The notes beneath the pieces were generated by a model. That model was given only the letters and a program-made list of their open reading frames with translations. It had not been told where the DNA came from and did no database searches. This document shows positions 6,119 through 14,437 of a DNA stretch of 14,437 bases, in pieces. Within the stretch, counting starts at the first letter, position 1. Every line of letters starts with the position of its first letter. The position numbers and the translations under genes were made by a program. This stretch comes from Gemmatimonadota bacterium (lineage in GTDB: Bacteria > Latescibacterota > UBA2968 > UBA8231): NCBI GenBank assembly GCA_038128265.1, contig JAYPJE010000082.1, positions 1 to 14,437 on the forward strand, written 5' to 3'.

Positions 6119-6940
6119 ATGGAAATGAGAAACCGTTCATCAGGTAGCTTTATGAGTGACAGCGCGTTCACCCGCATGCTGAGCCTGCCTTTTGGCCACG
6201 TGCACGGCAGAGCGACCAGCGCGCTCCTGCTGTGCGCTTCCACTTACTTCTTGCTGCCTCAGCTCAGGCTCTCCGTTCAGCGCGCCTTCGCACTGAGCGA
6301 CTACGCCGCCGTCTTCCAGAACGCGCTGCCCTTTGCGCTGTTGTTGCTGTCGCTCTTAGCGTTTGCCCACATAGAACGCGTACCGCTCACGGCGCGCACA
6401 TTGGGCCTCTCTCTCGATATGCCGAACGAGCGAAAAAACTCCGTGCTCCTGTATGTCGGGATCATGGCGCTGGGCGGTTTGTGCATTGCCCTATTCCTGG
6501 GCTACTTCAAGCAACTGGGCATTCCCATACACCGCATCAGCACCTATATCGGCCAAGATGCTCCGCTGCTGCATGCGACCACCGATGCCAACAGCTGGCA
6601 CTCCCTGCTGCTCGACGTGCTGCCGCACTGCATAGGCGTTTTAGTGCTGGCACCCGTCATAGAAGAGATCTACATCACCGCTATCGTATTCCCCGTGCTG
6701 CGCAACAGGTTGGGCTTTGTCGCAAGCGCCGGCATTGCCGCTTCTATCTTTGCGCTATTTCACGCCAGCGCCAACCCACTAGCCGACGGGCAGTGGCTGC
6801 CCTTTGCCATCATTGCCGTCGGGCAGATCGCATCGTTCACGCTCTATCAGGGCACGCGATCGCTCTATCCATCCATCGCCTCGCACGCCCTGCGCAACTT
6901 TGCCGTCCTTTTTGTAGAGCTCAGCGCGCTCGTTGGATGA
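6119..6940 (+). CDS. Second CPBP/Abi family intramembrane protease (variant motif 1)
   Basis: LAPVIEEIYIT, FALFH, TRSLYPSIASHALRN; multiple TM segments; AGAGG upstream of ATG 6119. Confidence 0.88.
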   Translation: MEMRNRSSGSFMSDSAFTRMLSLPFGHVHGRATSALLLCASTYFLLPQLRLSVQRAFALSDYAAVFQNALPFALLLLSLLAFAHIERVPLTARTLGLSLDMPNERKNSVLLYVGIMALGGLCIALFLGYFKQLGIPIHRISTYIGQDAPLLHATTDANSWHSLLLDVLPHCIGVLVLAPVIEEIYITAIVFPVLRNRLGFVASAGIAASIFALFHASANPLADGQWLPFAIIAVGQIASFTLYQGTRSLYPSIASHALRNFAVLFVELSALVG

Positions 6941-6967
6941 CGCGCTGTGCGTGCGGTCGCGCCCGAC

Positions 6968-7873
6968 TCAAGCCTCGTCGCCGAGCCGAAAGTTGGCCAT
7001 GCCCTCGAGCACTTTTAGAATGGCTATGTGGTCTGCCTTGCCGTCGCCGTGCGCCAGGCAGCTATTGTAGAGCTGCCAAGCATTGGTCGCGTTGGGCAGC
7101 ACCATGCCCAGCTCCTTGGCCGCGCTGACGGCCAGTCCCAGATCCTTCTGCTGCAGCTCTACGCGAAAGCTCTGCTCAAAGTTCCGCTCTAGCATGCGCT
7201 GGCCGTGGTTTTCCAAAATGAGCGACTGGGCAGCGCCACCCATAAGAGCCTGGCGCACCCTGTGCGGGTCGGCTCCCGCTTTGGCGGCAAAGAGCAGCGC
7301 CTCGGCAACCGCCTCGACCGTAATACCGACGATAATTTGGTTGGCCACTTTGCACACCTGGCCATCGCCGTTGCGCGTGCCGATCAGCGTAACGGTGCTA
7401 CCCATTACCTCAAAGAGCGGCTTGATCTGTGCAAAGGTCGCTTCGGGACCGCCGACCATAATGGTCAGCTCGCCCGTTACGGCGCGGCCCGCCCCGCCCG
7501 AGACGGGCGCATCGAGATAGGCGCATCCCAGCGCGTTGATACGGCGAGCAAAGTCGACGGTAGCCGTTGGGGAGATCGAGCTCATATCGACGACCACCTT
7601 GCCGGGCTGCAGGCCGTTGGCCACGCCGTCTTCGGCAAAGAGCACCGTCTCCACGTCGGGCGTATCGGGCACCATCAACACGACGATATCGGCCGCCTCG
7701 GCCACTTCGCGATTGCTCGCCTTGACCACAGCACCACCGTCCAGTATCTCCTGCGGCAGCGGCGGATCAAAATGGACGACGACCAGATCGTAGCCGGCGC
7801 GCTGTAGGTTGAGCGCCATCGGACGACCCATAATGCCTAAACCGATAAAGCCTACGGTAGGTGTGTCGCTCAC
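6968..7873 (-). CDS. glxR: 2-hydroxy-3-oxopropionate (tartronate semialdehyde) reductase, beta-hydroxyacid dehydrogenase family
   Basis: GFIGLGIMG, MVPDTPDVE, DMSSISP, LDAPVSGG, GDGQVCKVANQIIV, KAGADP.RVRQALMGG and QKDL closely follow GlxR. The AGGAGG RBS overlaps the upstream TAG. Confidence 0.85.
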   Translation of the reverse strand: MSDTPTVGFIGLGIMGRPMALNLQRAGYDLVVVHFDPPLPQEILDGGAVVKASNREVAEAADIVVLMVPDTPDVETVLFAEDGVANGLQPGKVVVDMSSISPTATVDFARRINALGCAYLDAPVSGGAGRAVTGELTIMVGGPEATFAQIKPLFEVMGSTVTLIGTRNGDGQVCKVANQIIVGITVEAVAEALLFAAKAGADPHRVRQALMGGAAQSLILENHGQRMLERNFEQSFRVELQQKDLGLAVSAAKELGMVLPNATNAWQLYNSCLAHGDGKADHIAILKVLEGMANFRLGDEA

Positions 7874-7885
7874 GACCGCTGCCTC

Positions 7886-8305
7886 CTATAGATCGCCCTC
7901 TTCGGCGATGGTGTCCCAGCCGGCAATGCGCACGCTGTCCTCGATTTCACCGATGGCGATATTGGCAAAGGTCAGCGCCAGCGTGCCCTCTTCTAAGTGG
8001 CCGCCAAAACCGTTGCGCTCGTCGGAAAAGTCGATGTGACAATGCACTTTGCCATCGAGAATAAATCCATTGAACGAACAGATATCGAGCGGCTGAATGC
8101 TCTTGGGATAGCTCTCTTTGGGCGGCAGTTCGTTGCTCATCACCACGTGAAAATGCGAATGGCTGCAGGAACCGAAACCGGTCAGGATCAGTCCGTTTTT
8201 GATGCCGTGCTCCTGCACGGCCTGACGCAGGCCCAGCAAAATATCTTCGCCTGGCGCAATGCGCACCAGCACGACTCGCTGCATACTCGTCTCGCGCGAA
8301 ATCAC
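7886..8305 (-). CDS. PPC domain (DUF296 / AF0104-like) protein
   Basis: RIAPGEDIL, GFGS, HCHIDFSD and FGGHL motifs; AAAGGAGA RBS before GTG. Confidence 0.85.
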   Translation of the reverse strand: MISRETSMQRVVLVRIAPGEDILLGLRQAVQEHGIKNGLILTGFGSCSHSHFHVVMSNELPPKESYPKSIQPLDICSFNGFILDGKVHCHIDFSDERNGFGGHLEEGTLALTFANIAIGEIEDSVRIAGWDTIAEEGDL

Positions 8306-8442
8306 ATCCGTCTCCTTTGGTCACGCTTCACCGCGTCTATGCGGTGCAATGCATGGAATAGTAGCTGCTACGCAGCATAACATAACACGGTTATCTAGGC
8401 GACAACATGGCGGGTAAAAAACGGAGGGCGGATCTCGCGGAT

Positions 8443-9354
8443 TCAGCGACAGCCAATGCGTTCGGTAGATACGACGATGTGATCGAAGTAGCGCTCCTGC
8501 TCCTGTGGCGAGCCGGCGTTCCAGTAGTTTTCGAAAAAGAGGCCGTTGATGGCATAGGCGCCGTAGCTACCAACAAAGTCGAGGCTATCGCGCCGCGCTT
8601 CGAGAAGGTCGTCAATCCAGAATGCGTGCACGCCGTTGCGCTCGCCCGGATCGTTAAGACGCACGTACGCTTCTACGCAGCGCCAGGTGCCTGAATCAGC
8701 CGTCGAAAAAATGGCCGTCGAGCCGGCGCGGTAGCCCAGCCAGCGCAGGCTGTCAAAGTCGTTGTACCCCACGCAGGCAACCGAGTCACCGCGCACGCAA
8801 GAGGCCGGGTCGATGAGCAGATGCCCCGCATCATCGCTCCATAGGTGCGCGATCATGGCCTGCGACCAGTCGGTTGCCGATGTAAAAACTGTGGCGCGCG
8901 ACAGCTTGGCCGGCGAACCGCGCCAGCCCTCCTCGTGCTTGAGATACATGCGGTAATACACCGCGCGAAAATCTTTGTCGCCGCGGATACCTCTGTTCAT
9001 ATAGGCGTTGGGATTGCGACCGAAGCCGAGCTTAAAGCCCCCTGCACTCACCTCACCCACTTCAAATCGCGTGCGCATGCCGCGCGAACCGCCAACGCCG
9101 GCGGAGTCGCGCACGACAAAATCGCCGTCGTCATCGCCGTATTCAAAGTAGCGACCGGTGGCAACGAGCGGCCCGTCTGCCTCAAAGTCGTCGCAGAAAA
9201 TCCACTCGGGATGAGCGGTCTGCCAGTTTGCACATTCATCGGATGGGGGAAAAACGACGCCCTGGGCGCTGGCGCTCGGATTGGATCCGCAGGCCCCTAG
9301 GGCAAGGAGCAGAAGATATGAGCGGAGAGCAATACTCATACTGGGCGCGCTCAC
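8443..9354 (-). CDS. Lipoprotein with putative beta-jelly-roll polysaccharide lyase/Cip1-like domain
   Basis: Lipobox LLLLALGAC; FCDDFE, YYRMY, GTWRCVEAYVRLNDPG..NG...FWID, ENYWN, YFDHIVVSTERIG. The GTG start overlaps the fucosidase TGA (alternative ATG at 9339). Confidence 0.6.
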   Translation of the reverse strand: MSAPSMSIALRSYLLLLALGACGSNPSASAQGVVFPPSDECANWQTAHPEWIFCDDFEADGPLVATGRYFEYGDDDGDFVVRDSAGVGGSRGMRTRFEVGEVSAGGFKLGFGRNPNAYMNRGIRGDKDFRAVYYRMYLKHEEGWRGSPAKLSRATVFTSATDWSQAMIAHLWSDDAGHLLIDPASCVRGDSVACVGYNDFDSLRWLGYRAGSTAIFSTADSGTWRCVEAYVRLNDPGERNGVHAFWIDDLLEARRDSLDFVGSYGAYAINGLFFENYWNAGSPQEQERYFDHIVVSTERIGCR

Positions 9355-10709
9355 GGTGAACAGAACAGGCCTACGCGACGCAGCAGCGCCGGCGCGCGCG
9401 ACGCTTCAATGCGCAGGCGCACCCGCCGGACGGCCACCCGGCTAAAGCGCTCCAGCCGCTGGTAGCCGATGCAGCCGCCGCGCACCATTTCCTTCCACTG
9501 ACCGTCGTGCCAACCTTCCAGCACAAAGCGCTCCACGCGCTGGCCCTCCTCGATGAATTCCTGCACGAGCAGGCGATCAATGGTCTTTTCAGCACCCAGC
9601 TCCAGCTCCAGCACATCCTCTTCCGACTGGGCTGACCAGCAGCTTTCCCACGCCCCATCGACGGCCGCCCCACCGCCCTGCGCACCGCGCGCCAGGTCTT
9701 CGGCAAAGGTCGCATCGAGCACGGAACGCAGCTCCTTCAGGCGCGCTACGTCGTTCTCGTGAAAGAGGCCGCGGCGGTCGGGCGGCACGTTGAGCAGCAG
9801 CACGCTGTTGCGCCCGACAGAGCGGTAGTAGATGTCCAGCAGGTGGTCGAGGGACTTAACCTGCAAATCCTGCGCAGCGTGGTAAAACCAGCCCGGACGG
9901 ATCGATACGTCGCACTCGGCCGGATACCAGAAGCACGCCTCACCCTGCGCCAAATTGTCGCGACTGCCCAAGTCTTTGGCGCCGTTGTCCACCGCGAGAA
10001 AATCGACGCCGCGCTCACCGGTCGCGCGCGGTCCGGCCACTACGCTCCATTCGTCGGCGCGCGCCAGACCCGACTCGTTGCCGACCCAGCGCACGTCCGG
10101 TCCACAAATGGCTATGGCCGCCTCCGGCTGCAGCTGGCGCACCACTTCGTAGTAGCGCGCCCAATCGTACTCCTGTCGCTTGCCGTTGGGCCCTTCGGCA
10201 CAGGCTCCGTCAAACCACACTTCTGCTAGGGGACCATAGTTGCTCAGCAGCTCGCGCAGCTGCGCACAGAAAAACGCATTGTAGGCCGGCGAATCGCCGT
10301 AGCTGTGCTCGTGGCGATCCCACGGCGAGCAGTAGACGCCAAACTTCAAACCGGCGCGTGCACAGGCTGCGCTGACCTCAGCGACGACGTCGCCCCGACC
10401 GGCGCGCCACGGGCTGTTTTTGACCGAGTGCTCGGTGTGTGCGCTGGGCCATAGGCAAAAGCCATCGTGGTGCTTGGCCGTCAGAATCAGCAGCTTCATA
10501 CCGGCGTCGCAGCAGGCCGCTACCCACTGGTCGGCGTCGAATTCGGTTGGATTGAACAGGCTGGGATCTTCCGCGCCGTCGCCCCACTCGCGGTCGGTAA
10601 ACGTGTTAATACCAAAGTGGGCAAACGCGATGTATTCCAAGCGCTGCCACGCCAGCTGGCGCGGCGTCGGACGCGCCGCCAGCGCGCGCGCCAGCACGTC
10701 GTTACTCAC
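9351..10709 (-). CDS. Alpha-L-fucosidase, GH29 (GH29B-like), with C-terminal F5/8 / CBM32-like domain
   Basis: HFGINTFTDREWG, LTAKHHDGFCLWPS, SPWDRH, EVWFDGA (nucleophile Asp), RWVGNESG, ECDVSIRPGWFYH, SVGRN..LLLNVPP. GGAGG at 10717-10721 supports GTG 10709. Confidence 0.95.
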   Translation of the reverse strand: MSNDVLARALAARPTPRQLAWQRLEYIAFAHFGINTFTDREWGDGAEDPSLFNPTEFDADQWVAACCDAGMKLLILTAKHHDGFCLWPSAHTEHSVKNSPWRAGRGDVVAEVSAACARAGLKFGVYCSPWDRHEHSYGDSPAYNAFFCAQLRELLSNYGPLAEVWFDGACAEGPNGKRQEYDWARYYEVVRQLQPEAAIAICGPDVRWVGNESGLARADEWSVVAGPRATGERGVDFLAVDNGAKDLGSRDNLAQGEACFWYPAECDVSIRPGWFYHAAQDLQVKSLDHLLDIYYRSVGRNSVLLLNVPPDRRGLFHENDVARLKELRSVLDATFAEDLARGAQGGGAAVDGAWESCWSAQSEEDVLELELGAEKTIDRLLVQEFIEEGQRVERFVLEGWHDGQWKEMVRGGCIGYQRLERFSRVAVRRVRLRIEASRAPALLRRVGLFCSP

Positions 10710-10744
10710 CTGTGGACCTCCTGCCTGCGCCGCCGAACACACTG

Positions 10745-12076
10745 CTATCGCGTCGCGTTGTCCCTGCGCCGCTCGCGTGCGCTGCGCGGCATTTTTTCCT
10801 GCAGCGCATTCACGCCGCCTTCGCCCTTGGTCAGGTTAAACGCATCGTAGAGCTCGCCCGTCGCCATATAGGCGCGGTAGACCAACTCGTCTCCATCGAC
10901 CTCAATGATTTGATAGAGCTGGGTATCTTCAGCCACGCGGCGCATCAGCGGGTGGACGCCGCTCTCGTACATTTTTGGACCGCTGACCGAAACCACGTAC
11001 ACCGTACCGCTGTCGTCGTCGCGCACGCTGAGCCCCTCGCGCACGTTGCGCGTGCGGCCATAGGTGTGGTCGTGGCCCTGCAGCACCAGGTCTACCCGGT
11101 GCCGATCGATAATCGGCATCCACAGCGCGCGCAGCGTTTCGTTGTCGCGCCCGGCAGCAGCTGAAAAAATGGGATGGTGAAAGACGAGCACCGTCCAGCG
11201 CTGCGGGCTGTCGTTGAGCACGGCATCGAGCCAGGCGACCTGCTCCTCAAGCATCTCGTTGGTGTTGAGTACGACGATGCGCACGCCCTGATAGTCCACG
11301 TAGTAGACGCTCTCCTCTAAGCCGGCGGGCCCGTGCGTCGGCAGGGCGAACTGCGGACGCCAGTGGGTGGATAAATGACGCGCTCCCGACGCATCGGCTC
11401 CGTATTCGTGGTTGCCCGCCGCCGGTATGCTCGGCAGCATGCCGTTGAGCCAGCCGGCCGCATAAAACCACTCGCCCCATTCGGCATCGCGATTGTGCCT
11501 ATTGATCAGATCGCCTGCGTGGATGATAAAGCGCGCATCGCTGGCGTGCTTGTAGGCCTGGCGAATCACGCGCGACCAGTGCGCCTTGACCTCGTTCTGG
11601 GCGTCGCCGAAGTAGATAAACTTGAACGGCTTGCGCTGGCGGCTAGCCGTGCGAAACTGGAACCACTCACTCCAATTGGCCCCGTCGCCAACGCGGTAGG
11701 CGTAGAGCGTCTCGGGCAGCAGGCCCTTAAACTCGGCCGAGTGATAGCTGGCTTCGCCCAGGTCGGTGGCCAACCTCTGCGTTGTGGCCAGTATCGTCAC
11801 CGCGCTATCGCGCATGCCCTCGATTTTTCCGTAACCACCGTGCGGCGTGGCCAGCGTCAGTTCAGCCACCGCGCTGTCGACGCGCGCGGCCGTGCGCCAG
11901 GTGACCGCCTGAGAGGTCGCCGGGTCGTCCGTCCAGGTCAGCACGATGCGATCGGGCACGTCGAGCGGACGGTGCACCTCGGTCTCGGCGACGGGCTCGG
12001 GCGTATGGGCGTAGGCCAGCGCAGCCTGCAGTGCACATGCCAGCGCAAATAGCGCCCGTTTTGCTATAAAAAACAT
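10745..12076 (-). CDS. Secreted purple-acid-phosphatase-like metallophosphoesterase (FN3-like N-domain + calcineurin-like domain)
   Basis: Signal peptide ending in AYA; VTWRT, GLLPETLYAYRVG, FRTA; metal motifs GDAQ, GDLIN, GNHE, FHHP, GHDH. Confidence 0.9.
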   Translation of the reverse strand: MFFIAKRALFALACALQAALAYAHTPEPVAETEVHRPLDVPDRIVLTWTDDPATSQAVTWRTAARVDSAVAELTLATPHGGYGKIEGMRDSAVTILATTQRLATDLGEASYHSAEFKGLLPETLYAYRVGDGANWSEWFQFRTASRQRKPFKFIYFGDAQNEVKAHWSRVIRQAYKHASDARFIIHAGDLINRHNRDAEWGEWFYAAGWLNGMLPSIPAAGNHEYGADASGARHLSTHWRPQFALPTHGPAGLEESVYYVDYQGVRIVVLNTNEMLEEQVAWLDAVLNDSPQRWTVLVFHHPIFSAAAGRDNETLRALWMPIIDRHRVDLVLQGHDHTYGRTRNVREGLSVRDDDSGTVYVVSVSGPKMYESGVHPLMRRVAEDTQLYQIIEVDGDELVYRAYMATGELYDAFNLTKGEGGVNALQEKMPRSARERRRDNATR

Positions 12077-12187
12077 TCGTTTCCTTTCGACGTATACAGC
12101 GATGCAGAACGGCGTTGCATCTTAAGAACGAATACGGGGCGTGCACTTGGCAAGGCGCGCCAAAACACACCCGATGGCGCGCGTGCG

Positions 12188-13381
12188 CTAGCCCAAATCG
12201 GTATACTGGGCGATGGGCGCCGAGTGCACCGTGCGCTCGGTGCCGGCCTGCAGCGCGTCGATTTCCCGCTGTGCAGCCTGCACCTGCTCGCCGCTGTCGA
12301 GCACTTCGAGGCCCATGCGCACGCGATGCGTCTGGCCCGGACCCAGCTTGATCAGACGTCCCTGCGCGCGTTCAAAAGCCTTAGCATTGGGATAGTCAGT
12401 GGCCGGTTCCAACCCCGTCACGTAGCCATCGGCCTGCGACGCCGTGTTTTTCCACTGGGTAAACGCCGGCAGTTCGCGCTTGTTAAAGCGCAGCAGCAGC
12501 GCCCGGTCGGCCGCGGCGTTGCGCAGCATGGCTAGCGTGGCTCCGTCTTCGCCCGCGAGCAGATCGTACCAGTACACCTGTTCGACGTAGCCTGCCGTCG
12601 GTCCCAGATATTCCTCGTAGGCATCTAACCCTTCGACGGCGCGCGCATCGCGCGGGGCCACCTCGCGGGCGGCCACCTCTAGGCGCGACCCAGCCTCGAG
12701 AAAGGGCGCGCCAAAGTTGCAGTGATAGAGCAGCTCCATCTCGGCATCAATGCCCTTCATATTGGTGACCTCGTCCTCAATGAGCAGTTCGTTGGAGCCC
12801 ACGCGCGTCGAAGCGGTAGCCACCAGCCGGTACTGCGGACAAAATAGACCGGCCTCGTGCACTTCGCCCCGCACCACGAGCGTTGCCGGATCGCCGGGCA
12901 GGACCCGCACTTCCACGCGCCAGGCCGGCAGGTTGGCAATCTTACCGTGCAGCGTCAGGTCGACCTGCGTCGGCACGCCCATATTATTGGGCACGACATC
13001 GGGGCCCGGCGCACCCGTCGAGTCGAGGCCGCATCGCACGATGGCCTCGTCGAAGCCGGCTAACCAGCCCAGGCCGCCGCGATCCTGCAAATCGACCAGG
13101 TTGGGATGTACGGGACCGCGCACCGGCGAGTTCCAGCCGACATCCAAGCCCTTGTACTGGCCCTTCCAAATGCCCATGCCGCGCGTGGGCAGAATGGAAA
13201 AAGACAGGGCGCCGTTGTCCACCTCTATAAGGTCGACGCCGTCTCCGGGACCACCGCGCAGCACGCGCTTTCTAATGGACCAATTGCCCTCCATGCCGAG
13301 GTCGGCGGCCGCAAGCTCAAATGTCTCTAGCCAAATTCCCTGTCCTGCATCCGTCAGCACCCAAGATGTTTCTTCTGTCAT
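12188..13381 (-). CDS. Aldose 1-epimerase/mutarotase-like protein (DUF4432 / DeoM-like)
   Basis: LRGG..DGVD, PTRGMGIW, GWNSPV, RCGL, LHGKIAN, LLYHCNFG, YVTGLEPAT. Likely start is ATG 13381 (MTEETSW), with a GGGGAGA RBS. Confidence 0.88.
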   Translation of the reverse strand: MTEETSWVLTDAGQGIWLETFELAAADLGMEGNWSIRKRVLRGGPGDGVDLIEVDNGALSFSILPTRGMGIWKGQYKGLDVGWNSPVRGPVHPNLVDLQDRGGLGWLAGFDEAIVRCGLDSTGAPGPDVVPNNMGVPTQVDLTLHGKIANLPAWRVEVRVLPGDPATLVVRGEVHEAGLFCPQYRLVATASTRVGSNELLIEDEVTNMKGIDAEMELLYHCNFGAPFLEAGSRLEVAAREVAPRDARAVEGLDAYEEYLGPTAGYVEQVYWYDLLAGEDGATLAMLRNAAADRALLLRFNKRELPAFTQWKNTASQADGYVTGLEPATDYPNAKAFERAQGRLIKLGPGQTHRVRMGLEVLDSGEQVQAAQREIDALQAGTERTVHSAPIAQYTDLG

Positions 13382-13574
13382 AGCGGTTTCTCCCCGTAAA
13401 AACCCACGGTTTTGTTTTGCACCTATTTCCCGTTTTTGCACGGCACGAGCGCGCGCTAAAGGTATAGCAGATGGCGCGCGCGGCGTCAACGAAGCAGCGA
13501 GGCGTTGAGGCGCGCCGCAAACGGAATTATCTTGCTGCTGAGTACCACGCAGTGCTAGCAACGGAGAATGCGGT

Positions 13575-14437
13575 ATGAGCACAATTCCCAAACGCACGTT
13601 GGGCCGCACGGGCCTCGACATCAGCGCGCTCGGCTTTGGTGGCGCCCCGCTGGGGGATCTCTTTGACGCGGTGCCCGAAGAGCGAGCCCAGTCAACCCTG
13701 CAGGCGGCCTGGGACGCCGGCATTCGCTATTACGATACCTCGCCCTTCTACGGCTACGGTAAGAGCGAGCACCGTTTAGGCTATTTTCTGCGTGGCCAAG
13801 AGCGCGCAGACTTCGCACTGTCGACCAAAGTAGGCCGCGTCTTCAAGGCGGCGCGCGACTTGAAAACCTTTGATAAGGGCGGCTGGGTCGGCGGTCTACC
13901 GTTCACGTTTCACTTTGATTACAGCTATGACGGCATTATGCGCTCATGGGAAGACAGCCTGCAGCGCACCGGACTCAACGCCGTCGAGCTGCTGCTAATC
14001 CACGACCTGGACAGCTTCTTCCACGACAGCGAACAGCGCTTCTCCGCCTACTTAAACCAGCTGATTACCAGCGGCTGGCGCGCGCTGGACGAGCTCCGTT
14101 CGCAGGGGCTGATCAAGGGAGTGGGCGCCGGACTCAACCGCATGGGCGCCATGCCGCGCCTGCTCGACGCCGTCGATTTAGACTTCTGCATCGTCGCCAT
14201 GCCCTACACGCTGCTCGACCAAGAAGTGCTCGACGAGGAGTTTCCCCTGTGCCAGGAGCGCGGCGTCCACATCGTCATCGGCGCCGTCTTCGCCTCCGGC
14301 ATCCTCGTCAACGGGCCGGTAGAGGGCGCGCGCTACGCCTACGCGCCGGCCTCGGAAGACATACTGGAAAAAACGCGGCGCATCGAGGCGGTGTGCCAGC
14401 GCCACGAGGTGCCGCTACCGGCCGCCGCCATGCAATT
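13575..14437 (+). CDS. Aldo/keto reductase, D-threo-aldose 1-dehydrogenase (L-fucose dehydrogenase)-like; 3' truncated by the window edge
   Basis: Absent from the ORF track because it has no stop in the window. My translation: MSTIPKRTLGRTGLDISALGFGGAPLGDLF...AWDAGIRYYDTSPFYGYGKSEHRLG...LSTKVGR...FDYSYDGIMRS...LLIHDLD, with the D/Y/K/H tetrad present. GGAG RBS at 13563-13566. Confidence 0.9.
   Translation, partial: MSTIPKRTLGRTGLDISALGFGGAPLGDLFDAVPEERAQSTLQAAWDAGIRYYDTSPFYGYGKSEHRLGYFLRGQERADFALSTKVGRVFKAARDLKTFDKGGWVGGLPFTFHFDYSYDGIMRSWEDSLQRTGLNAVELLLIHDLDSFFHDSEQRFSAYLNQLITSGWRALDELRSQGLIKGVGAGLNRMGAMPRLLDAVDLDFCIVAMPYTLLDQEVLDEEFPLCQERGVHIVIGAVFASGILVNGPVEGARYAYAPASEDILEKTRRIEAVCQRHEVPLPAAAMQ

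Noticed and set aside
6232..7128. 298-aa alternative-frame ORF, and similar shadow ORFs (513-1154, 7205-7807, 11375-12052, 12750-13508)
   Set aside because: They overlap well-supported genes, have no recognisable motifs, and are typical of high-GC DNA.
8329..8371. Short inverted repeats (CACCGC/GCGGTG, GTAGC/GCTAC) upstream of the PPC gene
   Set aside because: Only 5-6 bp long, within chance expectation.
12155..12182. 8-bp hairpin GCGCGCCA/TGGCGCGC after the epimerase stop
   Set aside because: Large loop, no U-tract, and GC-rich stems of this length are common here; not supportable as a terminator.
13382..13723. N-terminal 114-aa extension of the 511-aa epimerase ORF
   Set aside because: It overlaps the AKR gene on the opposite strand, and a good RBS and ATG exist at 13381.
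1..14437. CRISPR array, tRNA, rRNA or integrase
   Set aside because: No regularly spaced repeats, cloverleaf signatures or recombinase motifs were seen, and intergenic gaps are short.

Overview
GC-rich bacterial window with about 16 genes and no RNA genes, CRISPR array or transposase that I could recognise. Left part: an EamA/DMT transporter, two tandem paralogous XRE-HTH regulators whose C-terminal domains look NTF2/SnoaL-like, a lipoprotein and a YhcH/NanQ-family gene. Centre (4231-6940, + strand): a four-gene cassette of CPBP/Abi protease, stand-alone membrane-anchored C39 peptidase, 86-aa precursor and second CPBP protease. The precursor carries a Sec-type signal peptide, then a well-registered double-glycine-type leader (ISLLEAQHTKGA), then a hydrophobic core. 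Its gene is bracketed by a perfect 12-bp inverted repeat and followed by a 15-bp GNRA hairpin. This looks like an ABC-transporter-independent peptide maturation system and is the main candidate for a new system. Right part: a sugar-catabolism block (glxR-like reductase, PPC/DUF296 protein, lyase/Cip1-like lipoprotein, GH29 alpha-L-fucosidase, secreted metallophosphoesterase, aldose 1-epimerase-like protein) and a divergent, truncated aldo/keto reductase resembling L-fucose dehydrogenase. All calls come from reading motifs by eye; no database searches were run.
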